DNA of 64,000 bases from a bacterium (GCA_043803945.1 JAZDJN010000064.1:33506-97505), one strand, 5' to 3'; positions 39,189 to 49,758 are shown, counted from the stretch's first letter. Notes: generated by a model from the letters alone, not told the origin. Numbers and translations are program-made.

Positions 39189-40403
39189 ATGGGAATCCAG
39201 AATGAACATGAGTTTGTCTTTCCGGTTGGATACCATAGATTTCATAAAGATCAATTGTTCAACTTTCAATTGAATCGTTGGTATTCTCTGGGATATGCAA
39301 AATACGAGGATTGTGTTGAAGCAGGAAATAATCTTAAAACGTTTGGAGATTGGAAAAGGGAATTACTCCGGTTGGCAGAAAGGGCTCTCGCTTATCAAGA
39401 ACTCATCAGTGCAGCATTTTACTTTCGAGCAGCGGAATTCTTTCTCCTGGAAGATATTCCTGAAAAACAGGCTCTCTACGAAAAGTTCAATATCTGTTTT
39501 TACGAAGCTCTGCAGCAAGAACAGATTGAAAGATTTACCGTGCCCTATCGGGGCTCCTTTCTGCCAGCAATGAAAGTGCTTTCGACGGGAACTTCCAAGG
39601 GTACAGTCCTCCTCCATGGGGGATTTGATTCCTTTATCGAAGAATTTTACTCGATGATGAAATATTTTTCAAAACGTGGCTATGAAGTGATTGCCTTCGA
39701 CGGACCCGGGCAGGGCGCAGCCAGAAGAAAATATGATCTTCCTTTTGATTATGAATGGGAAAAACCCATCAAAGCAGTGCTCGATTATTTTGATCTCAAC
39801 AATGTAACTCTCTATGCGATCTCCATGGGTGGTTGGCTCGGTTTGAGGGCTGCTGCATTTGAACCACGAATCGCTCGGGTGATTGCATCGGGGCATGCAA
39901 TCGATTACATGCAAAGTATGAATGCCATCTTTCGAAAAATCCATGTCTGGTTCTTTAAGCATTATAAAGACTTTATGAACAGAATGGCGATAATGAAAAT
40001 GAAGAGAGAAGGGATGTTTCCTTGGATGGTGAAACATCTCATGTACATTACAAAGAAAACTCAACCGATGGATGCGCTGGAAATCTATCTGCTCATGAAT
40101 GAACAGAATATTCACTCGGAGCTTGTCAAACAGGATATCTTGATTCTCACAGGGAGAGAAGACCATTTGATCCCATTTAAAATGCACAAAAAACAAATCG
40201 ATGCTTTAGTCAATGCCAAATCAGTCACAGGCAGGGTATTCACAAGGGAAGAGCATGCCCAGAATCATTGTCAGACGGGCAACATAGGCCTCGCACTGGA
40301 TGTTATCGTGAATTGGATAGATGAGAAATTAAGGTGCCAGGGTGGCAATTGTTGCGTGGGATCAACCAAATCCATCGAGCGACAATCCCTGCCCCACTCG
40401 TAA
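39189..40403 (+). CDS. Alpha/beta hydrolase (FrsA/DUF1100-like)
   Basis: HGGFDS, FDGPGQG, ISMGG nucleophile elbow, GREDH, NHCQ. Confidence 0.85.
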   Translation: MGIQNEHEFVFPVGYHRFHKDQLFNFQLNRWYSLGYAKYEDCVEAGNNLKTFGDWKRELLRLAERALAYQELISAAFYFRAAEFFLLEDIPEKQALYEKFNICFYEALQQEQIERFTVPYRGSFLPAMKVLSTGTSKGTVLLHGGFDSFIEEFYSMMKYFSKRGYEVIAFDGPGQGAARRKYDLPFDYEWEKPIKAVLDYFDLNNVTLYAISMGGWLGLRAAAFEPRIARVIASGHAIDYMQSMNAIFRKIHVWFFKHYKDFMNRMAIMKMKREGMFPWMVKHLMYITKKTQPMDALEIYLLMNEQNIHSELVKQDILILTGREDHLIPFKMHKKQIDALVNAKSVTGRVFTREEHAQNHCQTGNIGLALDVIVNWIDEKLRCQGGNCCVGSTKSIERQSLPHS

Positions 40404-40470
40404 TTGCATTGAAGAAAGAGTGAATTTTTAGTTTCCTGGAAACTCGGTCGAAAAGCATAGATTTAAAATC

Positions 40471-40533
40471 AAACCACTGCACCAGGCGCACCTGTCCGCC
40501 GTCTGTTTGGCGGATCAGCCTCTGGCTGAAAAG
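40471..40533. repeat. Palindromic repeat family B, copy 1
   Basis: AACCACTGC..CACCTGTCCGCC..GGCGGATCAGCCTCTGGCTGAAAAG, near-identical to 51673-51735. Confidence 0.75.
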
Positions 40534-40934
40534 TTCTCACCTGCCCGCCTCTATTTAATCCAGAGACGCAGGCGGGAAGGACACCCGCCTGCGTCGGGCA
40601 GGCAAAGGAAAAGCTGTTGAATTAATTTGATTTTCCCTTAGTGTATTTTTTTTTGTTCTTCGCGTCCTTTGGGTCCTCTGTGGTTGGACTTTTCGTCCAA
40701 GCTTCTAGCGTCCAGCGTTATCAACCCCTTCATCTCTCAATAAAAACGTCTCATATCAAGACTCTGATCAATTTGAGACATTCTCGAAAAGCCAAATTGG
40801 AGAAAGCATTGCAAATTCTTCGATATTCTCTGGCATAACTGTTGATATATAATAGAGTAGAATTTAACCTCAATACTACATATCTCAAAGACCCAACCCA
40901 TCGGTCAAACCTTCCAAAGACCGATAGGCCGCCC

Positions 40935-40965
40935 AAAAAAAGCCTCTCTTCCCGAGAGGCTTTTT
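40935..40965 (-). terminator. Rho-independent terminator (possibly bidirectional)
   Basis: A7-GCCTCTC-ttccc-GAGAGGC-T5. Confidence 0.8.
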
Positions 40966-41115
40966 AGTTTATGCCAATCGGAGAACAACCGAATTGCCGC
41001 CACTGGTGCTTAGTCGATTTGCAGGAGATAACCTTCAACTGCGGTAATCCGGGTGTGAAGAGGGTGTGGTTATACCGTTCGTCAACTCATCAAGGAGACA
41101 GAACTGCCAAACCAT
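40935..41115 (-). ncRNA. Candidate structured small RNA (6S-like?)
   Basis: Extended -10 TGtTATTCT (41121-41129) and -35 TTCAAG, no credible ORF, nested long-range pairings, own terminator. Confidence 0.45.
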
Positions 41116-41207
41116 CGTTAAGAATAACATCAATCCATTCTACTTGAAAAAGAAGAGTTGGACTGTTATTGTTATTCATCAACAATTGTCATAAGGAAGA
41201 AGATCGT

Positions 41208-42374
41208 TTGAGAGACCATCCTACATATTCATTGACTTCCACCAATACAAACTCCGAACTGTATTACCGTCGCGTCCGAGAATTCACCGATGAAGTTCTT
41301 GACCATGCTTCCGAATCATTACTACCGGCGGTGAGAGACTTCATGGATTATCTTCGCATTAATCGCCTTGAAAACCTGCGGCGCAGCGAGGAGTATTTCC
41401 TCGAGCTGCTGAGCTTTCGTCTCCTCTGGAATTCCTACGGCGGATACGCACTGGCTGTTCGCCGAGCGCCATTTGTTCTTCTGGCACGCAGGTCAGAGTG
41501 GCGCAAGCGGCATCAGCCGTGGAAACCGATGATCGATCAAATCCGCGGAATCCTGATGACACTCTTTCTCTACCCGCAACGGGGCGAGCAGCGCCCTTCA
41601 TCCCTCCCCACGCTGTACGATGTTGACTGGCTCTGTCTATGGCTTGAAGCCACCGGCGAGTTTAGTGAACAGGCACTTCGGTTTGTCCGATGGCGCGGAT
41701 TTTGGGCAACCCAATCGGCGGCATCCCGGGCAGAATTTGGCGCTGCAGCATTCAGGTTCACCACATGGTTTAGTAAGCGTTCAGAAGAGGTCCTCGGTGA
41801 GTACACAACAAGTGTTGATGCATTTCTTCTGAATACCCGGCACCATTATCGCTGGCTCGAAGACCGTGTGCAATGCACTCGAAGAAAAATAGAGTACCAT
41901 CTCAATATGCTCGGCGCTGAAATTATGAACCGCGCTTTCCGTAATGATTTCAACAGTACAGAAACCAAAGCAGTGCTTCTCCCGGGCTGCATGCGCAGCC
42001 GGTCTGATAAAGAGTGCAAAGCAATCCGCACACTGGAAGGGCTCCGCTGCGAAGATTGTCTTCCTCAGTGCAGCGTCAACCGGATTCGGGAGATGGGAAA
42101 AAAACAACACTTCGAGGTCTACCTTATTCCTCATGCTTCTGACTTTTCCCTCTGGTCGCCGAAACCGGGAAACCCTCGCAGGGGCGTTGTCGCTGCGGCG
42201 TGTGTGACAACCCTTGTTGAGGGGGGATGGGAACTGAAGCGGTACGATGTGCCCGCTCAATGTGTTCTCCTGGATTACAGCGGTTGCAAGAAACATTGGG
42301 ATTGCGAGGGAACCCCCACGGCATTGAACATTCGTGAATTGAAACGCATACTTGTTAATGCAGGCCTATCATAA
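41208..42374 (+). CDS. DUF116 domain protein
   Basis: LLPGCMR..C.A...C..C...C, GVVAAACV..L..GG, PAQCVLLD..GC. Confidence 0.8.
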   Translation: MRDHPTYSLTSTNTNSELYYRRVREFTDEVLDHASESLLPAVRDFMDYLRINRLENLRRSEEYFLELLSFRLLWNSYGGYALAVRRAPFVLLARRSEWRKRHQPWKPMIDQIRGILMTLFLYPQRGEQRPSSLPTLYDVDWLCLWLEATGEFSEQALRFVRWRGFWATQSAASRAEFGAAAFRFTTWFSKRSEEVLGEYTTSVDAFLLNTRHHYRWLEDRVQCTRRKIEYHLNMLGAEIMNRAFRNDFNSTETKAVLLPGCMRSRSDKECKAIRTLEGLRCEDCLPQCSVNRIREMGKKQHFEVYLIPHASDFSLWSPKPGNPRRGVVAAACVTTLVEGGWELKRYDVPAQCVLLDYSGCKKHWDCEGTPTALNIRELKRILVNAGLS

Positions 42375-42429
42375 CCACGCTGAATGGGTGCGGTCATTCT
42401 GTACGACAACACGCTCTGGATCGATCATC

Positions 42430-43005
42430 ATGGATTCTGTTGACATCATCGTTGGAGATATTCAGGAGAAACAGCGTAGAAGCACCGGGCGTATTGTCCT
42501 CGCCATCGATGGGGCTGGTGGTGCCGGAAAATCAACTGTTGCCCGACTCATACGGGAGCGGTTGATACAGGTATCGATTGTTGCAATGGACGATTTCTAT
42601 CGGCCTCTCAACCCGGATGTGCGTCTTCAGATGTCCTCTGAACAGAGATATCAGAACTTTTTCGACTGGCAGCGGTTACGCATGCAAGTACTCGAAGACA
42701 TTCACCAAAAAAAATCAATCCGGTTTCAACAATATGATTGGGCTGGAAACGATCTTCATGATTGGACTGAGATGGAGCTCTGCCCGGTAGTTGTTGTCGA
42801 GGGGATCTACGTGCTCAGACCGGAACTGCGGCCTTATTACGAGAGTTCTGTTGTCATCAAAGCGTCACAGGATAGTTGCGTTGCCCGGCTTAGGTCACGC
42901 GGTAATTCTGATGAAGAGATTCGAATGTGGCAGGAAGCTGAGGCATGGTACTTTTCACACATCAAACCGCATGAATATTGCGATTTCATCATCCCGGGAG
43001 AGTAA
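42430..43005 (+). CDS. Uridine-kinase-like P-loop kinase
   Basis: AIDGAGGAGKST, MDDFY, VVEGIY. Confidence 0.82.
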   Translation: MDSVDIIVGDIQEKQRRSTGRIVLAIDGAGGAGKSTVARLIRERLIQVSIVAMDDFYRPLNPDVRLQMSSEQRYQNFFDWQRLRMQVLEDIHQKKSIRFQQYDWAGNDLHDWTEMELCPVVVVEGIYVLRPELRPYYESSVVIKASQDSCVARLRSRGNSDEEIRMWQEAEAWYFSHIKPHEYCDFIIPGE

Positions 43006-43043
43006 AAGAACAGGCACAACAACCGTTCAAAGGAGCATGACCA

Positions 43044-43475
43044 TTGAAATTCAGAGTATCCATTCTTCGTGTAGCCATATTGGTGATTCTCATTACCGGG
43101 TCTACCAATGCATAAACAAACAAGGTCACTGAGAAGTATCTCCAGAAAGAGATATCACGAGGAAGGCAGTATGTTCTCGTTCTTCTTAAACAAGGAACGA
43201 ATCAATCGCTCGATTCCGCTGCTGTTGTAGCCTATCAGGAGAAACACCTGATGAATCTCTTTATGCTGAAACAGCAGGGAAAACTTCCGCTGTTCGGGCC
43301 GATTGCAGAGGAGAGCACTCTCAGAGGAATTTGCATCTTCAATGTTGCCGACAAAGCTGCGGCAAGAAAATTGATTGAGGCAGATCCGTTTGTGAAATCC
43401 GGAGCGTTAGCCTATGAGATTTACGACTGGTTTGGATTACCGGGAGATGTCTTGCCCGCAGAAAAAAAGAAATGA
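43044..43475 (+). pseudogene. Secreted YCII-related protein with premature TAA
   Basis: RBS AAGGAG + TTG 43044; signal MKFRVSILRVAILVILITGSTNA, TAA at 43113, same frame continues YVLVLLK..H...GP..LRGICIF..EADPFVK. Confidence 0.7.
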
Positions 43476-44650
43476 TTCTAGAACGTCCTTATCGGTTCCG
43501 GTTGGGGATCTATCGCTGTCTTGAATTGTCCCTGCTACTCGTTTTATTTATGCAGGTAATGAATGGACAGAGCATCAGCTATGCCGGATTCCGTGCATCG
43601 CGAATTCTCAACAGCTATCCAAACCGTCAATTTCCCTCTCCGCAGTATTGGTCGAACACAGCAGGGACAATTGCATCAAAATTTCCCGGATCATCACCGG
43701 CGGGCATCTGGATTGTCAGCCTGTACATCAGCAACGGCACAACGCAATTTAACTTTCCGTCGAACGGCGCCTCTCTTCCGTACGTCAATTTTATCTCAAC
43801 CGATCAAAATGAATCCTATCTCAAGCACTTCGACACGACAGGTGTGCGTGTCTGGCTTCAGGTCGAACCGGGCGAGGCGAATATCGACACGCTGATTTCA
43901 CTGGTCCTGAACCGCTACAAACATCATCCATGCGTCCTCGGGTTCGGGGTGGATGTGGAGTGGTATAAAAACAATTCCAAGATTACCGATGCTTTGGCTC
44001 AGCAGTGGGAAGAAAAAGTAAAATCCATCGATACCAGTTATACACTTTTTCTGAAGCATTACGGCCGAAGCTGGATGCCGCAGGTGTATCGGGGGAACAT
44101 TCTTTTCGTGGATGACAGTCAGGACTTTTCCTCCTCCTCAACCCCGCTTAACTATATGGTGAATGAGTTCAAAGCGTGGGGAGCCTTGTTTGCTCCGAAC
44201 AAGGTTGCCTTTCAGTACGGTTATGCGGCAGATTCTGTCTGGTGGCGATCGTATGCCGATCCATTGAAGACCATCGGCGATGCCCTGCGCTCTGCCATTC
44301 CGACGACAGAGGCATTGTTCTGGGTAGACTTTACAATTGCAAAACTCTTCCCCATTACTGACGTTCATCAACAGAATACACTGCCGACTCTGTTCTCTCT
44401 GAAACAGAATTTCCCTAATCCTTTCAATCCGGCAACAACAATCAAATTTCAAATTCCAACACGAGCATTTGTTTCTCTTATTGTCTATAATCTTCTGGGG
44501 AAACAGGTAGAGACGCTGCTGACGGAAGATCTGCCGCCAGGTGAATATTCGAAACAATGGAATGCTTCCGGTTTACCGAGTGGTGTATATTTCTATCGGC
44601 TTCAGGCAGGAGTGTTCGTCGAAACAAAGAAGCTTGTGGCGGTGAGGTAG
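43472..44650 (+). CDS. Secreted protein with T9SS type A (Por) C-terminal sorting domain
   Basis: C-terminal LKQNFPNPFNPATTIKF...YNLLGKQV...SGVYFYRL...TKKL; N-terminal domain with GVDVEW unassigned. Confidence 0.85.
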   Translation: MILERPYRFRLGIYRCLELSLLLVLFMQVMNGQSISYAGFRASRILNSYPNRQFPSPQYWSNTAGTIASKFPGSSPAGIWIVSLYISNGTTQFNFPSNGASLPYVNFISTDQNESYLKHFDTTGVRVWLQVEPGEANIDTLISLVLNRYKHHPCVLGFGVDVEWYKNNSKITDALAQQWEEKVKSIDTSYTLFLKHYGRSWMPQVYRGNILFVDDSQDFSSSSTPLNYMVNEFKAWGALFAPNKVAFQYGYAADSVWWRSYADPLKTIGDALRSAIPTTEALFWVDFTIAKLFPITDVHQQNTLPTLFSLKQNFPNPFNPATTIKFQIPTRAFVSLIVYNLLGKQVETLLTEDLPPGEYSKQWNASGLPSGVYFYRLQAGVFVETKKLVAVR

Positions 44651-44792
44651 AGAAGCCTCAGAGCGGGAGTTACCGATTCTCTGCTAAAGAAACCGTAGAT
44701 TTGAAATGCAATTTCTGTATATTTCCTCGGGTAATGCAAAAACCGAATTCACTATTCACTTTGCTGCTCAATCAGCAACAAGAGGTCTGATC

Positions 44793-45827
44793 ATGAAGGA
44801 GGACTCCTTGATCGCACACAATTTCCGTCCCAGAATCCTTCCGCTCCTTCTCGGACTTTTCTTTCTTCAGGCAGCAACTGTATTTTCTCAGCGCTTCGAT
44901 GTTCCAAAAACCACCGGCTCGTACTGGTTCAAGGGAAACACCCATACACACACAACAAAGAGCGACGGCGATTCACCTCCTGAGGTTGTTACGCAATGGT
45001 ATAAAAGCCATGGATACAACTTCTTGGTCCTTTCCGATCATAATACGCTGACCGATACATCCTCGTTGCCATCCTTTATAGATTCAACGTTTATTCTTAT
45101 TCGCGGCGAGGAACTTACAACGAGCGCTAAAAAGAAACCTGTTCACGTCAATGCTCTGAACATACAACAGCGTATCGATCCACGAAAAGACAGTATCCTT
45201 GTCCGCTCGCTTCAATTGAATGTCGATGCCGTCCGTGAAGCCGGCGGGTTACCGCATATCAATCATCCAAATTTCTGCTGGGCATTCGATCAGAAAGAGT
45301 TGGCGAATGTACGAGGCTATTCGCTTCTGGAAATATTCAACGGCCATCCGGAAGTGCATAACCTTGGAGGCGGTAATTCACCAAGCGTTGAAGCAATGTG
45401 GGATCAGCTACTGAGCCGTGGAATGAAAATATATGGCCTTGCAACAGACGATGCCCATAATTTTTCCGGTGAATTTTCCCGCACCCGTGCCAATCCCGGC
45501 CGCGGTTGGATTGTTGTACGTGCCGACAACCTGGAGGCGAACGAGTTGATGCAAAAACTTGAGGCTGGGCAATTCTATGCCAGCACGGGGGTAGAGCTCA
45601 ATCAGGTTCGCATAGCACCGAAACAGATGGAAGTTCAGATTCGTCAGAAAAAGGATTTTAAATACACCACCGAATTCATAGGAACAAACGGCAGGGTGCT
45701 GGCAACAGTAAAAACGAATCCTGCCGCTTATACCCTGCGTGGTTCAGAGAAGTACGTGCGGGCACGCGTTGTCGATTCGGGAGGAGCGAGAGCATGGGTT
45801 CAGCCGGTGTTTGTAATAGCGCAATGA
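44793..45827 (+). CDS. PHP-fold metallohydrolase (CehA/McbA-like)
   Basis: GNTHTHT..SDG, LSDHN, INHP, LEIFNG, DDAH. Confidence 0.85.
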   Translation: MKEDSLIAHNFRPRILPLLLGLFFLQAATVFSQRFDVPKTTGSYWFKGNTHTHTTKSDGDSPPEVVTQWYKSHGYNFLVLSDHNTLTDTSSLPSFIDSTFILIRGEELTTSAKKKPVHVNALNIQQRIDPRKDSILVRSLQLNVDAVREAGGLPHINHPNFCWAFDQKELANVRGYSLLEIFNGHPEVHNLGGGNSPSVEAMWDQLLSRGMKIYGLATDDAHNFSGEFSRTRANPGRGWIVVRADNLEANELMQKLEAGQFYASTGVELNQVRIAPKQMEVQIRQKKDFKYTTEFIGTNGRVLATVKTNPAAYTLRGSEKYVRARVVDSGGARAWVQPVFVIAQ

Positions 45828-45896
45828 TGTTTTTTCCCCATCTATGTTACATAGAATACCTATTTTGGGAGTTGACTATAAAGCGAACTCACGGAC

Positions 45897-46059
45897 TGTC
45901 ATTCCGGCAATCTTTTAGCCGGAATCCAGATGAATGTTAAATCAATGCACTGGACACCGGATTGAAGCCCCGCTGTACGGTTCCGCTTCTCAGGAATCCC
46001 GCATCTGCGGAATCCCAAAGAACGGGAGATACCGTCAAGCGGCACATTCCGGTGTGACA
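45897..46059. repeat. TGTCATTCCGG...CCGGTGTGACA palindromic element with nested insert
   Basis: TGTCATTCCGGC..GCCGGAATCCAG...CTGGACACCGG..[insert]..TCCGGTGTGACA. Confidence 0.6.
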
Positions 46060-46154
46060 CATCGTATTTTTTTAGGCAGCCTCATTAGAGATAAAATTTT
46101 TCCGTGTTAACCATTGCATCAAAAACAGTCAAGCTGACAACAACAATTCCTATA

Positions 46155-47255
46155 ATGACCATGCGACGACTGCTCCCATTACTGTTTTCCATAACCTGTT
46201 TTGCTCAAACCAACGATACCGCTCTTCTCCACAGCAGAATTGACTCACTCTTTCAACAAGAAATAGATACCACCGGCCCAGGCTGCGCAATTCTTATTCA
46301 ACGCGGCAACGATATTCTCTACGAGAAGAGTGTTGGCCTTGCTGACTTGACGACAAAAGAGAAGTTTACCGCCAACACTGTCTCCAATCTCGGATCCATC
46401 TCGAAAACATTCGTTGCCTACGGTATTCTTCTCCTCAAAAATCAGGGAAAGCTCTCGCTTGACGATAACATCCTCAAGTACTTCCCGGATTTTAAAAACA
46501 AGGAGATTGCACAAAAAGTTAAACTCAGACATTTATTGACGCATACTTCCGGTTTACCCGACAGCAGGAATGTCGACAGCGACAGCATTTTCTACCTGAC
46601 AGCAAACGATGAACAGAATTTCGCTCCGCTGAAGTTGACCGACACCATGGAGTTTGAGCTGGGCACGCGGTGGAATTACTCGAATCCCGCCTTCAACGGT
46701 CTCGCATTGATTATTGAAAATGTGAGCGGCATGAAATGGCAGAAATTCATCGAAGAGAATATTTTCAGACCGGCCGGCATGCAAGACAGTAAAATTACCG
46801 ATGGAGCATACCCCTCACACGGTGTTGCCCATGGATACCGGCTTGTCAATGGCGCCTACATCGAGTACGACTATGGAGAGTATCCAACATTCAACGCCTC
46901 TGGAAATGGCGGCGTCTGGAGTTCGATTAACGACCTTCGGAAGTATTACCATGCAATGAAGAATGCTTCATTTCTCGATAAGAAGACCATTGCACTTTCT
47001 CAAACACTCTGGCGGCCGGAGCACTGGCAAGACTCTCTTCCGCCCCGTAATGGGTTCTCCTGGTTTGTCACCGAAAAAACCGACACAACAAATTTTCTTA
47101 CGGTCCATCACAGCGGAGAGCAGGCAGGATTTACGGCAATGATGATGATGGTGCCAGAAACTGATGTTCTTCTACTCTTTGAATCGAATGCTGTCGAGCA
47201 CTATGCTCTCTATCGAAAGATTGAGAAGCTGCTTCGAAGCATGGGACAGTTATAA
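46155..47255 (+). CDS. Serine hydrolase, beta-lactamase class C-like
   Basis: GSISK, LLTHTSG, YSN, HSG; signal peptide. Confidence 0.9.
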   Translation: MTMRRLLPLLFSITCFAQTNDTALLHSRIDSLFQQEIDTTGPGCAILIQRGNDILYEKSVGLADLTTKEKFTANTVSNLGSISKTFVAYGILLLKNQGKLSLDDNILKYFPDFKNKEIAQKVKLRHLLTHTSGLPDSRNVDSDSIFYLTANDEQNFAPLKLTDTMEFELGTRWNYSNPAFNGLALIIENVSGMKWQKFIEENIFRPAGMQDSKITDGAYPSHGVAHGYRLVNGAYIEYDYGEYPTFNASGNGGVWSSINDLRKYYHAMKNASFLDKKTIALSQTLWRPEHWQDSLPPRNGFSWFVTEKTDTTNFLTVHHSGEQAGFTAMMMMVPETDVLLLFESNAVEHYALYRKIEKLLRSMGQL

Positions 47256-47333
47256 ACAATGTCGCGGCATTCTTCATGGAGCGGCTTGAATTCTTTACCC
47301 ACATTCCTCTCACCTCAGTTGTGGAGGTCAATT

Positions 47334-48902
47334 ATGAAAATTTCATTTTGTGCTCTTGGGACTCTTGTTCTGTTCGCATTCTTCATTCATCGTTCATTCT
47401 CTCAGGACTTTTCCAGTTTAGCAGAAATAAAACCCGGCCGATCTCGCGCCGTGACATCAACTGATCCGAGTCCAAATGGCAATGCAGACCGGATCAAGTA
47501 CATTGCACCGGGTGAAACCAAAGTTCTCGCAGATATCAAGGGGCCGGCGACCATCCGCCACATCTGGTTGACATTCAACGATGCCCGTCCGAATTGGCTT
47601 GAAGCAGGGGGTTCTGCGCGTCCGGATGAAATGATCCTCCGCATGTACTGGGACGAGAGCAAGCAGCCTGCAGTTGAAGCACCGCTTGGGGATTTCTTTG
47701 GTGCCGGATTTGGACTGCGACGCGAACTTAAATCTCTTCCCGTACAAGTGGAAGGGGGCGACGGCTATAACTGCTATTGGCCCATGCCGTTCGCCAAACG
47801 CAGCCTTATTACCGTGACAAACGAAAGCCGCAAGAATGCCCGCAGTTTCTATTATCAGATCGACTACACCGAGGAAGAGAAACTTCCCGAGAAATCCGGT
47901 TATTTTTGCGCTCAGTACAGAAACGAGTTTCCGGAACAATTAGGGACCGACTATCTTATCCTCGATGCCGAGGGTGAGGGCCAGTATGTTGGTACGGTGA
48001 TGTCTGTTCGCTCGCGGAGCCCGTTTTGGTTTGGCGAAGGTGATGCAAAATTTTATATCGATGGCGATAAACAACCAACGATAAAGGGAACAGGCACAGA
48101 AGATTATTTTCTCATGGCCTGGGGATTGAACGAAACACAGTTTCCCTATTTCGGCTGCACCTTTATGGGTAACGATTTTGAAGATTTGGGTGTACAGTAT
48201 TGCCTCTATCGCTGGCACATTGCCGATCCGGTACGCTTCACCAGGTCGATCCGATTTGCAATTGAGCACACCGGCTGGATCACCGGTGATGAAACGGAAA
48301 GTGGCAAGGTGGAAGGACACGTGGAACGAGAGGACGATATAGCATCGGTAGCCTTCTGGTATCAGATTGGCCAGCCAAAACGCTTTACGACACTGCCGCC
48401 TCTCTCAGAGCGATTGCTTCCCAATCTCGATGTGATCCTTGAGGGAAAGGCCATGCAACCCACAGCCCGGCATTCACCCGGTGTGATTGAACTTCAAAAA
48501 GGATACGACTGGACGGGTGAGGGCCAACTCTTCTTCATGCCTTCGACCGATGAGCCGGTTCTTGAGGTCAGTTTCAATATCGAGAAGGAAGAATATCGCG
48601 GACTACTTCTTCGTTGCACGTTTGCTGAAGATTATGGCATCTACCGGATATTTCTCGACGGCAAAAATGTTCGCCAGCCTGATGATTATATGACCGGCCA
48701 GAAAATACAGGACGTTGATTTCTTCGCAAAGGATTTAACCGTCAAGGAGATCTATCTTGGCAGCTTCAAACTATCACCGGGTAAGCACACCTTGCGGTTT
48801 GAATGCGTAGGTCGTAATCCGCTTTCAAAAGGGAAGTATCTTGGTTTCGATTCTGTCAGATTGAGGGAGCACTGGGACAAGAAACGAAAGCTGCTTCAGT
48901 AA
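47334..48902 (+). CDS. DUF2961/GH172-family glycoside hydrolase with extra C-terminal beta domain
   Basis: IRHIWLT, LRMYWD, PLGDFFG, WPMPF, WFGEGD, GTGTEDYF, YRWH. Confidence 0.88.
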   Translation: MKISFCALGTLVLFAFFIHRSFSQDFSSLAEIKPGRSRAVTSTDPSPNGNADRIKYIAPGETKVLADIKGPATIRHIWLTFNDARPNWLEAGGSARPDEMILRMYWDESKQPAVEAPLGDFFGAGFGLRRELKSLPVQVEGGDGYNCYWPMPFAKRSLITVTNESRKNARSFYYQIDYTEEEKLPEKSGYFCAQYRNEFPEQLGTDYLILDAEGEGQYVGTVMSVRSRSPFWFGEGDAKFYIDGDKQPTIKGTGTEDYFLMAWGLNETQFPYFGCTFMGNDFEDLGVQYCLYRWHIADPVRFTRSIRFAIEHTGWITGDETESGKVEGHVEREDDIASVAFWYQIGQPKRFTTLPPLSERLLPNLDVILEGKAMQPTARHSPGVIELQKGYDWTGEGQLFFMPSTDEPVLEVSFNIEKEEYRGLLLRCTFAEDYGIYRIFLDGKNVRQPDDYMTGQKIQDVDFFAKDLTVKEIYLGSFKLSPGKHTLRFECVGRNPLSKGKYLGFDSVRLREHWDKKRKLLQ

Positions 48903-48941
48903 AAGTGAAAATCTCGAATTCATGTTAGGGGCAGACGACTA

Positions 48942-49445
48942 ATGGGCATTTCTCTCGAACCGCTGGCAAATATCCGGATCAGGCATGAATTTAAACCGGG
49001 CGATCTCGGACGCTTGATTGAACATCATGGTCTATTGTACTTACAGGAGTATGGTTTTGACACAACATTCGAAGCCTATGTCGCAAAGCCGATGGCGGAG
49101 TTTTTACTGACACAGACTTCGCGTGAGCGGATCTGGCTTGTCGATTCCGATGGCATACTGATGGGTTCGATCGCCATCGTGCAGCACAGTGATACCGATG
49201 CACAGCTTCGCTGGTATCTGCTTCATCCATCGCTGCGGGGTAAAGGACTCGGTACGAGACTCATGCAGGAAGCAATTGCCTTCTGCCATGAACAGGGGTA
49301 TCAAAGAATATTTCTCTGGACTGTGAACACTTTGACCGAGGCGGCGCGTGTCTATACAAAATCTGGATTCCGGCTTACTGAAGAGCAGACACACACCATC
49401 TGGGGTTGTCAACTGACAGAGCAGCGGTATGTTCTTGAATTGTAA
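48942..49445 (+). CDS. GNAT N-acetyltransferase
   Basis: QLRWYLLHPSLRGKGLG, LWT..L..A..VY...GF. Confidence 0.9.
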   Translation: MGISLEPLANIRIRHEFKPGDLGRLIEHHGLLYLQEYGFDTTFEAYVAKPMAEFLLTQTSRERIWLVDSDGILMGSIAIVQHSDTDAQLRWYLLHPSLRGKGLGTRLMQEAIAFCHEQGYQRIFLWTVNTLTEAARVYTKSGFRLTEEQTHTIWGCQLTEQRYVLEL

Positions 49446-49758
49446 TTACCCAGCTCTGATGGAAATTCAAAAATCAAGAAGTAAAAATTAAAATAACAAA
49501 GTAAATTGGAAAATGTTATTAACACGATATCGTCGTTGATGCTTCACTCGTCATGCCTGTATACATTGCTGGTTAATAATAATATCAACCATTGGGTCTA
49601 AAGATGAGCATGATGGTTTTCGTTGCGCTGAATAGTGTCTGCCTGGTATCATTTATATTTTTGCATTGTCATTTTGCTTTTTCCACTTTACTTTTTGATA
49701 TCAAAATCACGTATCAAGATAGAAGGAATACAACCTTCTCGATAGAACTCGACAATTG

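Noticed and set aside
41060-41110. SAM-I riboswitch or tmRNA
   Set aside because: The CATCAAGGAGA resemblance is not followed by SAM-I core motifs; there are no tRNA-like ends or canonical tag context for tmRNA
12830-43115. Stop-codon reassignment suggested by in-frame TAG/TAA
   Set aside because: TAG, TAA and TGA all terminate intact genes throughout the window, and long ORFs are uninterrupted
23352-47255. Two beta-lactamase-like genes as antibiotic-resistance determinants
   Set aside because: Generic serine-hydrolase family members; the substrate cannot be inferred from motifs
49465-49700. A-rich and T-rich imperfect short-period tracts forming loose inverted flanks
   Set aside because: Too degenerate, and no enclosed gene could be supported
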